From contig JBDRML010000025.1 in NCBI GenBank assembly GCA_043812195.1, positions 1 through 20,280 on the forward strand: a stretch of DNA of 20,280 nucleotides, read 5' to 3'. Origin of the DNA: Candidatus Woesearchaeota archaeon (GTDB lineage Archaea > Nanobdellota > Nanobdellia > SCGC-AAA011-G17 > PNOQ01). The notes below the pieces were generated by a model. It worked only from the letters and a program-made list of their open reading frames with translations. It was not told the origin of the DNA and did no database searches. Made by a program: the position numbers and the translations under genes. Positions 7,529 through 15,198 of the stretch are shown one piece after another. Every line of letters begins with the position of its first letter. Position 1 is the first letter of the stretch.

Positions 7529-8341
7529 TTATTCTCCTCTTAAAACAGATTGAGCTCGATGAAGCCTTTCTAACTTTTCTCTTGTTTTAGCTTCTTCAGC
7601 TTTAAATTGTGCAATATAGGTTTCCAAATTCGGCGAAGCAGCTCCGCCGCTTATAATTTGTACCCGGCCATAGCCATTAGAGTACAACAGATTGCCGTTC
7701 CTGGCATCCAAGCCGTCATTCCTGCCATGATAAAGCCTCCTGAGACCAGATTGATCATTTGGAGTCCATACTGAAACACCATCATTTGAACTTACTAAAT
7801 TTTCCTTAGAAGAATCATAAGCTACTCTCCCATCTTTTCTTAGGAAAGGTGCTTCAACAACCCTCATATAATCTGTTCCTGTAAATTTAAATCCAAGACT
7901 ATTGTCTGTTCTTTCAACACCTAAACCACTTACAATTAATGGAAGTTTAGAACTTTTCCCTGTTATTTTTAGCACCTCTTGTCTTAGTTCTTCATTTGGT
8001 CCTGGATTTGGATACAATGAAATTCCATCAGTATCAGCATAAGTTAGTCCTTTTTCATGAATTACATCCCAAAATCTAATAACTTGCTCAGGGCTCAATA
8101 ATGTAATATTCCCATTAGTTAATTTTCTTAATTCTTGGTTCATCCCAAGAACTCTTGGAACATTTGAATAAGAAATTGGCTCATCTGCTTTGTGTTTTTG
8201 AATGTATTCTATTCTATCAACACCATTGAATTTTTCATTAAATTTAGCAATAACTTCTTTTCCTAAATCATCATATACAAGATTTCCTATAACAGGAACT
8301 TCTACAACATGATTTCCTCTTAATTGATATTTTTCTTTCAT
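7529..8341 (-). CDS. Putative DGR target protein 1 (variable region, probably C-type lectin fold), with short C-terminal helical extension
   Basis: Paralog of 8358-9122. Contains SGLRRLYHGRNDGLDARNGNLLYSNGYGRV, encoded by the variable repeat. SD GGAG at 8357-8354. Confidence 0.85.
   Translation of the reverse strand: MKEKYQLRGNHVVEVPVIGNLVYDDLGKEVIAKFNEKFNGVDRIEYIQKHKADEPISYSNVPRVLGMNQELRKLTNGNITLLSPEQVIRFWDVIHEKGLTYADTDGISLYPNPGPNEELRQEVLKITGKSSKLPLIVSGLGVERTDNSLGFKFTGTDYMRVVEAPFLRKDGRVAYDSSKENLVSSNDGVSVWTPNDQSGLRRLYHGRNDGLDARNGNLLYSNGYGRVQIISGGAASPNLETYIAQFKAEEAKTREKLERLHRAQSVLRGE
7636..7652 (-). promoter_or_regulatory. Stem-loop 3' of VR1 (candidate DGR cis-acting hairpin)
   Basis: AAGCGGC-GGA-GCTGCTT: 7-bp stem (one G.T), GGA loop, 2 nt after the repeat end. 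Confidence 0.7.
7655..7768 (-). repeat. DGR variable repeat VR1 (candidate IMH at 7655-7669)
   Basis: 98/114 nt identical to 8391-8504; all 16 mismatches at codon positions 1 or 2. Confidence 0.88.
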
Positions 8342-8357
8342 TATTAATTATATCTCC

Positions 8358-9122
8358 TTATTTTTTTGCGAGACCCTTCGGGTCTTGAAAAATTTGTACC
8401 CGGCCATCGTCACTAGAGCTCAACAGATCGTCGACCCTGGCACCCAAGACGCCACTCCCGCCACGACAAAGCCTCCTGAGACCAGATTGATCATTTGGAG
8501 TCCAAACATATCTTGCTCCTTTATCTTCTATTGCACAGGATTCTAGACTATTTGTTTTTGGATTATATCTTACATATCCCTCTTGTCTTAGCCACTCTGC
8601 CTCTTTTGGTTCTTGAGTAAGACCCTTCTTTCTTTTAAATCTAAACTTTTGATCATTATCAGCAGCATATTCAAACCCCAATCTAGGAACAACAAAGGGA
8701 ATTTTTGGGTTTCTTATTCCCATTATATCCATAACTTCTTGCCTTAGGTTTTCATTAGGACCTTCATTAGGATATACTACAATAGAATTTGTATCTGCAT
8801 ATGTTGAACTTACTTCTGGAATAACTCCTAATTCTAAGAATCTAATTACTTCTTCAGGTGACAATAAGTGAATATGACCGTACATTTTTGGGTCTAATTC
8901 TGCTAATTTTTGATCAATAAATAATGCTCTAGGAACATTTGAATAAGAAATTGGCTTGCCTTCTTCAACATTAGTAAGAGAAATTCTAGGAGCTTTTTCA
9001 AATTCTTTGTTTAATTCATCTATAATTCTCTTTCCTAAATCATCATATAAAAGATTTCCAACTTTTGGTAAACCCTTTGGATTTTCTACAACTACATTTC
9101 CTTGTAAATTATATTGTGTCAT
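8358..9122 (-). CDS. Putative DGR target protein 2 (C-terminal variable region, probably C-type lectin fold)
   Basis: Paralog of 7529-8341 (shared GNLxYDDLGK, PISYSNVPR, LLSPE, TYADT, YPNxGPNExLRQEV). Ends SGLRRLCRGGSGVLGARVDDLLSSSDDGRVQIFQDPKGLAKK. Confidence 0.85.
   Translation of the reverse strand: MTQYNLQGNVVVENPKGLPKVGNLLYDDLGKRIIDELNKEFEKAPRISLTNVEEGKPISYSNVPRALFIDQKLAELDPKMYGHIHLLSPEEVIRFLELGVIPEVSSTYADTNSIVVYPNEGPNENLRQEVMDIMGIRNPKIPFVVPRLGFEYAADNDQKFRFKRKKGLTQEPKEAEWLRQEGYVRYNPKTNSLESCAIEDKGARYVWTPNDQSGLRRLCRGGSGVLGARVDDLLSSSDDGRVQIFQDPKGLAKK
8371..8385 (-). promoter_or_regulatory. Stem-loop 3' of VR2 (candidate DGR cis-acting hairpin)
   Basis: AGACCC-GAA-GGGTCT: perfect 6-bp stem, GAA loop, 5 nt after the repeat end. 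Confidence 0.75.
8391..8504 (-). repeat. DGR variable repeat VR2 (candidate IMH at 8391-8405)
   Basis: 98/114 nt identical to 7655-7768; 14 of 16 mismatches have A in one copy on the coding strand. Confidence 0.88.
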
Positions 9123-9152
9123 TTTTTATATGTTTTTAGCATAATTAATCTA

Positions 9153-9160
9153 TTTATAAA
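9153..9160 (-). promoter_or_regulatory. TATA box upstream of the two DGR-target genes
   Basis: TTTATAAA about 30 nt upstream of ATG 9122. Confidence 0.55.
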
Positions 9161-9201
9161 TCTTTTGATTATAACACCACTACTAAGAAACAACAAAATC
9201 T

Positions 9202-9804
9202 CTAAATCTCAATAACTTTCCCAACCGGTCCTGGATTAATCAATAAAGTATTTCCCAATTTATCCAACTTACCTTCACTTTCATGAATATGTCCAGAAAT
9301 ATACAAATCAGGTTTTAATTTAATAATAGCCTTTCTATAAGATTTACTACCTACATGACCAAGTCCAGGAATTCTATCTAATTCAGTATTATAAGGCGGA
9401 GCATGAGTAACAATTATTAACTTTTTATAAGTATCAGCCATTTTTGAAAACTTATCTACTATCTCTTCAAATTCTTTATCCACAACTTCAAAAATACTTT
9501 CACCATATCCTAAAAAACAGTATTCACCAAGAGAATAGAGTCCTCTATTAAAATTAATTACAAAATCTTTATATTTTTTACACATTTTTTTGAATTCAGG
9601 TATATCTTCATGGTTTCCAGGGATCATAAGAAGAGGTTTACCTGCTTCTTTTAGTTTTTCAATCAATTTAATTAAATCTTCTCCCCAATCACACAAATCT
9701 CCAGCACATATCATTAAATCAACATTTCTCTTTTTTGCAGTTCTGACTATATTATCCAATAGAGCTAAATTTCCCTGTATATCCGAAAATGCTAATATTT
9801 TCAT
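9202..9804 (-). CDS. Calcineurin-like metallophosphoesterase (Icc-related)
   Basis: SDIQG, AGDL, PGNHE, THAPP, SGHIHE, INPG motifs. Confidence 0.92.
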   Translation of the reverse strand: MKILAFSDIQGNLALLDNIVRTAKKRNVDLMICAGDLCDWGEDLIKLIEKLKEAGKPLLMIPGNHEDIPEFKKMCKKYKDFVINFNRGLYSLGEYCFLGYGESIFEVVDKEFEEIVDKFSKMADTYKKLIIVTHAPPYNTELDRIPGLGHVGSKSYRKAIIKLKPDLYISGHIHESEGKLDKLGNTLLINPGPVGKVIEI

Positions 9805-9842
9805 AAATAATTATAAAAAAGAAAGATATAAAAAAATATTGT

Positions 9843-9959
9843 TTATGCGTTCACAGGCTCTTCACAGTATCCAGCCATAAAAGCTAAGTCAACAAGGTTT
9901 TGAGCATCACTATCTTCCATCTCGCTCCAGTCTTCAGCACAATATATATCCAATATCAT
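9843..9959 (-). CDS. Small acidic peptide (38 aa), hypothetical
   Basis: Not in the ORF track. MILDIYCAEDWSEMEDSDAQNLVDLAFMAGYCEEPVNA; SD GGAGGTGA at 9974-9967; TAATG overlap with the upstream ORF. Confidence 0.7.
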   Translation of the reverse strand: MILDIYCAEDWSEMEDSDAQNLVDLAFMAGYCEEPVNA

Positions 9960-10078
9960 TAAACCATCACCTCCCCAAGATTACCTCTTACTAATTTATT
10001 GATATTCTCCCAAAACTCTGCGTCGCCCTCTTTCACACTAAACTCATCCCAATCCACATAACTTTTCTTCTTAAACAT
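9959..10078 (-). CDS. Small peptide (39 aa), hypothetical
   Basis: Not in the ORF track. MFKKKSYVDWDEFSVKEGDAEFWENINKLVRGNLGEVMV; SD GGAGGTGA at 10091-10084; TATA TTTATAAA at 10116-10123. Confidence 0.65.
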   Translation of the reverse strand: MFKKKSYVDWDEFSVKEGDAEFWENINKLVRGNLGEVMV

Positions 10079-10131
10079 CTTTATCACCTCCAATTACTAA
10101 ATCTATTGGGAACTCTTTATAAATAGCTGAC

Positions 10132-10179
10132 GCCGGTGGTTGTCAACCTTGTCGACCTCTGTTGTAATTATGGAATAGT
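10132..10179. repeat. Dispersed intergenic repeat, copy 2 (partner at 1400-1447)
   Basis: Same orientation as copy 1. Contains palindrome GGTTGTCAACC and tandem GGTCGACAA/GGTTGACAA 9-mers on the minus strand. Confidence 0.8.
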
Positions 10180-10231
10180 TATCTAAAAACCCCCAAAAAC
10201 TATATAAATCCAAACATAAACCACTTTCAAG

Positions 10232-10546
10232 ATGGACGAAATAGGAATTTTTTACTCAACAAAAGAAAACAGAGTTCTCTATGTCGAAGGTACACTTACA
10301 TTTTTCAGACAATATCATAAAGACATACAAAATCCCACCACAAAAAGAGCAATTATCCCTCAAAGCATATTTTATGATTTAGTAAAAAAAAATCCAAAGC
10401 TAATAGAATGGAATTTAAAAGACGTTTTAGAACATGATATCTCTAATGAATTAGAATTTCCGCTAGAATCTATTACAGAATTACCAGACTTGCCACCATC
10501 ACAAGAAGAAATAGAAAGAGCATTTTGGGTTCCAGATAGAAGATAA
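10232..10546 (+). CDS. Hypothetical protein
   Basis: 104-aa ORF with a TATATAAA box at 10201-10208; no recognised motif. Confidence 0.6.
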   Translation: MDEIGIFYSTKENRVLYVEGTLTFFRQYHKDIQNPTTKRAIIPQSIFYDLVKKNPKLIEWNLKDVLEHDISNELEFPLESITELPDLPPSQEEIERAFWVPDRR

Positions 10547-11593
10547 TTAAAACTCAGTCAATTTCTTGCTATAATTAACAACAGGAGATTTACCTTTCTT
10601 ATCACCCATATCTATCATATTATTTTTATCCAATTCTTCTATCTTCCTATAAAATGTTCTATAAGACATATCATTTCCGTATAGATTATACAAGTCACTA
10701 ATTTTCAGCCCAGAATTTTCTTTAACCAATTCCAAGATTCTCTGAGCTTCAGGATCAAACTCATCACAATCTTTAATCTTAAATTCTTCCAATTTAGAAA
10801 CAGCACTAGAAGCATATTCAGCTATAATTTTCTTAGAAGATTTCATTTCAGCCAAATTACCAGATTCTCTCAATAAAAACAACCCAACCCTAATATCTTT
10901 AGCAGTGTAACATTTTTTATTAACAACATCTAGAGCTTCATTTTCCCAAATATCAGGCACAAACGCATAATCAATTCTTTTTTTCAAGATTCCTTTAATC
11001 TCATCAAAATTATAAGGTTTAAATTCTAAAGATTCAGCCATCAATCTAGATCTTACTCTAGCATCTAAATTAGCTAACCAATTTCTATCATTTGCAAGAA
11101 CAAGAATAACTTTTTTAGTTAAGTCTTCACAAAGAGAATACAAAATATCCAATTCCTTAACTCTATCAACTTCATCCAAACAAATAACAACAGATTTCTT
11201 ATTTAAAATAGTTGAAATAACTCTCATTAATTCATCTGTTCTTTTATTGTGTGTCCACTTATACCCAATCTGATCACAAATATCCATCAAAACTTTATAA
11301 CTAGAATCTTTTTTCCAACAATTAACATAAATTGGAATTACATCATCAGTATTATTCTCCAACTCTCTAAAAATATATTTAATTGCAGCAGTCTTACCAA
11401 TTCCAGGAGAACCAAATATAAATAAATTTCTTCCAGATCTACTATTAAATAAAGGTTTCATACAATCTGCAATATAATGTTGTTGATTTTCTCTATAAGG
11501 AATCTCTTTAGGAATATAATCATAATCTAAGGCTAATTCATCTACAAACAAACCTTCATCTCCTTTCAAAACATCATCAAAAAGTCCACCCAT
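10547..11593 (-). CDS. cdc6: Orc1/Cdc6 family replication initiator (AAA+ ATPase)
   Basis: YIPKEIPYRE, Walker A GSPGIGKT, YVNCW, Walker B LDEVD, RVRSRL, FKPY, short C-terminal winged helix. Confidence 0.92.
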   Translation of the reverse strand: MGGLFDDVLKGDEGLFVDELALDYDYIPKEIPYRENQQHYIADCMKPLFNSRSGRNLFIFGSPGIGKTAAIKYIFRELENNTDDVIPIYVNCWKKDSSYKVLMDICDQIGYKWTHNKRTDELMRVISTILNKKSVVICLDEVDRVKELDILYSLCEDLTKKVILVLANDRNWLANLDARVRSRLMAESLEFKPYNFDEIKGILKKRIDYAFVPDIWENEALDVVNKKCYTAKDIRVGLFLLRESGNLAEMKSSKKIIAEYASSAVSKLEEFKIKDCDEFDPEAQRILELVKENSGLKISDLYNLYGNDMSYRTFYRKIEELDKNNMIDMGDKKGKSPVVNYSKKLTEF

Positions 11594-11681
11594 TTTATCA
11601 AAAAAGAAAGCTAAACTACCAATATAAACCTTTCTAAACCAAAATCAAAATCTATTTAAAAGATTTTCACAAAAATTTATT

Positions 11682-12512
11682 ATGCCAAAAAAAGAAAAGA
11701 AGGCTGAAAGGGTTAGCAAATCCCTAACATGGGAAATAGAAGTACCTGTTAAAACATATTTAGCAAAAAAATTACCAGAATTTATAGGTCCTGACACACT
11801 AACTATATTAGGTTTAATTTCAGCGCTTATAATCGGTCTATGTTTTTATTTATCAACTTTTAATAAATTTTGGTTACTTGGTTCTATATTCTTTTTAATC
11901 GTTCATTGGTATGCTGATTCATTAGATGGAACAGTAGCAAGAATAAGAAAGATAGAAAGAGAGCACTTTGGATATTTTGCAGACCATATGGCAGATATGT
12001 TTACTATAATATTCATAATGGTTGGTTTAGGTCTTTCTCCATTAATGGATATTTATTTAGCACTCATATTTATAATAGTTTATTTTTTGACTTCGATTAA
12101 TGTATATCTAGCCGCATATACTCATGGAATTTTTAATCTTTCTATGGGAAAAATTGGACCAACAGAAATCCGAATCTTAACGATTTTATTAATAATCGCA
12201 GTTATGCCTTTTTATCCAGGTATTATTTCTATAGTTGGACTAAAAATAAAACTCTTTAACATATCTATACTAATTGCAGCTATTGGAATATTCATACTAA
12301 CACTAATTTCAATAATAAAAAATCTTAGATACCTAAATGAAATAGACAAAAAGAAATACAAAGAAATAACAGTATACGAATATCTTCAAAAAAGCGAATT
12401 TATGAACAAGATTAAAAATATGAAATTAGGAAACGCAGAAAATAATGAAATTTTAAACTTCTTTAATTCCTTCTCCCATAGAAGAAACAACAAATCTAAA
12501 CCCAACACCTAA
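11682..12512 (+). CDS. CDP-alcohol phosphatidyltransferase family protein
   Basis: PDTLT and the signature DSLDGTVAR...GYFADHMAD; GPTEIR; multiple TM helices. Confidence 0.92.
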   Translation: MPKKEKKAERVSKSLTWEIEVPVKTYLAKKLPEFIGPDTLTILGLISALIIGLCFYLSTFNKFWLLGSIFFLIVHWYADSLDGTVARIRKIEREHFGYFADHMADMFTIIFIMVGLGLSPLMDIYLALIFIIVYFLTSINVYLAAYTHGIFNLSMGKIGPTEIRILTILLIIAVMPFYPGIISIVGLKIKLFNISILIAAIGIFILTLISIIKNLRYLNEIDKKKYKEITVYEYLQKSEFMNKIKNMKLGNAENNEILNFFNSFSHRRNNKSKPNT

Positions 12513-12812
12513 TTTTATTAGAGCACCCATCAATCCCATATGTTCTTTTCCAGAGCCAGATACAAAGTTAACAGAGACTTCACCTTTCACTTTACCTTTC
12601 AAAGCATTAATAATCTCATCTCTTATCTCAAAAGCTTCACCATTAGTTTTTACAACAATTAATTCTGTTTTCTCATTAGCTTTGAAATTTTCTTTTCCAA
12701 AATCATTAGTAATAAGATAAATTTTATCCCATTCTTGTCCAGTAATCACTCCATTAACATGCCCCCAAGTTCCTTTTCCAGTCGATAAAACTGCAATTAA
12801 ATCTGTCATCAT
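12453..12812 (-). CDS. Conserved hypothetical protein, possible CARF-like Rossmann domain
   Basis: LIAVLSTGKGTW beta-loop, KIYLIT strand, VSVNFVSGSGKEHM resembling the CARF (D/N)xTGGxK loop. Confidence 0.55.
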   Translation of the reverse strand: MMTDLIAVLSTGKGTWGHVNGVITGQEWDKIYLITNDFGKENFKANEKTELIVVKTNGEAFEIRDEIINALKGKVKGEVSVNFVSGSGKEHMGLMGALIKLGVGFRFVVSSMGEGIKEV

Positions 12813-12892
12813 GTTTCAAACAAATACCACTATATAAATATTTGTATAATAAAAACCAAACTTATTTAAACAATAATAAAGATATTTAAGCT

Positions 12893-13351
12893 ATGCCAAA
12901 AAAAATATCAAAAGATACACCACTTTCAGAATTAACATTGAGAAAATATGAAAAACCATATACCACATCAAAAAGAGAATCAATCAGAAAATTATGTTTG
13001 TCTATAGGTTTATTACAACCAGGAGACTCAAGAGACATAATAGTTGATATCTTACAAGTTCTGTTAAACAATTCAAAAAGAAAACTACTAATGAACTCTG
13101 AAGAAATAAGATCAAAAGTAATAGCAAGCAGGAAAAAACAAAAACTAACAATTAACGGTGTAGCATCATCAAATATAAGAAGACAATTAAAAAGATTAAA
13201 AGACATATACTTAGCAGAGAGTATAAAGAATCAATACAGAATCACAGAATTCGAAGACCCAATAACAATTTTTGATAAACATATAAAAAGTTTCTATTTA
13301 AAAAATATCATAGAAAGAGTTGAAGAACACTTTAAAGTTGTGAATCAATAG
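12893..13351 (+). CDS. Putative winged-helix DNA-binding protein
   Basis: ELTLRKYEKP, SIGLLQPGDSRD, then an HTH-like SSNIRRQLKRLKDIYLAE with a wing (NQYRIT). Confidence 0.6.
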   Translation: MPKKISKDTPLSELTLRKYEKPYTTSKRESIRKLCLSIGLLQPGDSRDIIVDILQVLLNNSKRKLLMNSEEIRSKVIASRKKQKLTINGVASSNIRRQLKRLKDIYLAESIKNQYRITEFEDPITIFDKHIKSFYLKNIIERVEEHFKVVNQ

Positions 13352-13676
13352 TATAATCATCACTTTCTACCAAATCTCCAACCATAGTCCTATAGTTGGG
13401 CATTTTATCATATAACTCTTCAACAAGAGAATCTACATGAATTGTGCAACCCATTTCACAAAATGTTTTTAATAAATCCATCTTATCAACCAAATCATTA
13501 ACATAGGCTCTTATACTTGGCCATATATGGGGTTCAGAATCAATAAGCCCCCTTAAAATAGTAACACATTCATCTAATTCAATAGCCGCAAGTCTATAAT
13601 CTTCATCTTTTATTGGAGGCATTATATAATTATCAAAATAATCAAGTTCACTTCTCAGCGTATCTGAAAATTCCAT
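13332..13676 (-). CDS. Hypothetical acidic helical protein
   Basis: ORF from ATG 13676 with TTTATAAA about 25 nt upstream; no recognised motif. Confidence 0.6.
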   Translation of the reverse strand: MEFSDTLRSELDYFDNYIMPPIKDEDYRLAAIELDECVTILRGLIDSEPHIWPSIRAYVNDLVDKMDLLKTFCEMGCTIHVDSLVEELYDKMPNYRTMVGDLVESDDYTIDSQL

Positions 13677-13768
13677 CAAAACTTAGATTAGAGAGTAATT
13701 TATAAATTTTTCTTTTAAGACCATATTAGAAACCTTTAAAAACCACCCAACTCCCTCATTTTCCTAAA

Positions 13769-14218
13769 ATGGCAAGCGATATAGAAAAAGAATACAATAA
13801 GCTAGCAAAAAAGCATCCAAATTTACCTAATTATTCAAACCTAGATAAGGAATTTGATATAGAAATGAATATAGGAGATAAAGAAATACCTTCTAGAAAT
13901 ATCCTAAGAGGAATTTCAAATGCTTGTGCCAATTATTTACACTTTTTTATAGATTATTTACATAACACTATGTTTCCAAATCAATCTTCATTAATCACAA
14001 TGGAAGAAGCAAAAATATTCAATGAAGAAGAAAAAAAGAAAATAGAGATAATACTAAAAAAATTAGTATACTTAAGTAGATTAAATATTTCTTTAGTTAA
14101 TCTAAAAAATGAAAAAGAAGATGCAGAATTCATAACAAAGATTTACAGAGATTGGAAAACTCTCAAAAAACAAATTCAACCATTATTAGAAAAATCTAGA
14201 GATCATTGGAAATCATGA
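13769..14218 (+). CDS. Hypothetical protein
   Basis: 149-aa helical ORF whose stop overlaps the next ATG (ATGA). Confidence 0.7.
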   Translation: MASDIEKEYNKLAKKHPNLPNYSNLDKEFDIEMNIGDKEIPSRNILRGISNACANYLHFFIDYLHNTMFPNQSSLITMEEAKIFNEEEKKKIEIILKKLVYLSRLNISLVNLKNEKEDAEFITKIYRDWKTLKKQIQPLLEKSRDHWKS

Positions 14219-14757
14219 TATACGAACCAAGAGAAGATTCTTATTTATTACAAGAGCAAGTTAAGAAATACGCAAAAGGTAAAGTTCTCGATATAGGGAC
14301 AGGCTCAGGCATACAAGCTGAAACAGCAAAAGAACAGGGAGCAGAAGTTCTAGCAGCAGATATTAACCCAGAATGTGTTGAACATGTTAAAAATAAAGGC
14401 ATTAATATTATACAATCAGATTTATTTTCAAACATAAAAGATAAGTTTGATTTAATAATTTTTAACCCACCCTATTTACCAGAAGAACCATTAGAACCAA
14501 AAGATTCCTCATTATCAACAACAGGTGGAAAAAAAGGAAATGAAATTTTAGAAAAATTCTTATCACAATCTAAAGATTACTTAAATGAAAACGGAAAAAT
14601 TCTAATTGTAGTAAGCTCATTAACACCAGATGTAGAAAAATTAATAGAAAAATATAATTTCAAACACAAAAAACTCTCAGAACAAAACTTACCTTTCTTC
14701 GAAAAATTAATAGTTTATTTATTAGAAACTGGAATCACACTTTCAGAAATCAAATAA
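14215..14757 (+). CDS. HemK2/Mtq2-like SAM-dependent methyltransferase (release-factor glutamine methyltransferase family)
   Basis: IYEPREDSYLL, VLDIGTGSG, SDLF, IFNPPY, GGKKG motifs; start ATG at 14215. Confidence 0.9.
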   Translation: MIYEPREDSYLLQEQVKKYAKGKVLDIGTGSGIQAETAKEQGAEVLAADINPECVEHVKNKGINIIQSDLFSNIKDKFDLIIFNPPYLPEEPLEPKDSSLSTTGGKKGNEILEKFLSQSKDYLNENGKILIVVSSLTPDVEKLIEKYNFKHKKLSEQNLPFFEKLIVYLLETGITLSEIK

Positions 14758-15158
14758 TTTTCATAACGAACTCTAATCGTAATAGTTTGACCTTCTTCTA
14801 AAGAATCAAAACCAAATTCAGAAATTGGTAAAAAATATTCATGATTTCCACTATAACCAACACCTTCAAATCCTATATCTTCAAACTTACCTTCTCTTAA
14901 TTCATATTCATCACCTGTTTTGTCTATAAATTCTTTAAAAGTCATTTTAGATAAAGAATCAACCAATAAAACTTCAACAATTGAATTTTCAGGCATCACA
15001 ACAAATTCATAAGTAGATATTTTTATATTAGCATCATAACTTTGATCTCTAACAGCAAAACCAGTTATATTAGGATCTACAATAAGAAATCCAGCTATTA
15101 TCAACAAACTAACAACAGGCAATAAATAAGGCATGAATTGTTTCATATTATTAAACAT
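14715..15158 (-). CDS. Membrane-anchored or secreted hypothetical protein
   Basis: N-terminal hydrophobic helix followed by ITGFAV, then a beta-rich acidic domain; exact start uncertain (15158 or 15146). Confidence 0.65.
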   Translation of the reverse strand: MFNNMKQFMPYLLPVVSLLIIAGFLIVDPNITGFAVRDQSYDANIKISTYEFVVMPENSIVEVLLVDSLSKMTFKEFIDKTGDEYELREGKFEDIGFEGVGYSGNHEYFLPISEFGFDSLEEGQTITIRVRYENYLISESVIPVSNK

Positions 15159-15198
15159 AAATGACAAGTTTTATAAATTTTATCTATTTCCCTAAACC

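Noticed and set aside
7655-8504. One of the two repeats being the DGR template repeat
   Set aside because: Both are in-frame parts of full genes with hairpins, each has A at sites where the other does not, and two sites have A in neither copy. Both therefore behave as variable repeats.
8157-8956. 25-nt exact match between 8157-8181 and 8932-8956
   Set aside because: It encodes the conserved PISYSNVP motif of the two paralogs; ordinary homology with no variable pattern.
10132-10179. Repeat as an ORB element or replication origin near cdc6, or as a CRISPR repeat
   Set aside because: No match to the TTCCAGTGGAAAC/G-string ORB consensus. Only two copies 8.7 kb apart, with no spacer array or cas genes.
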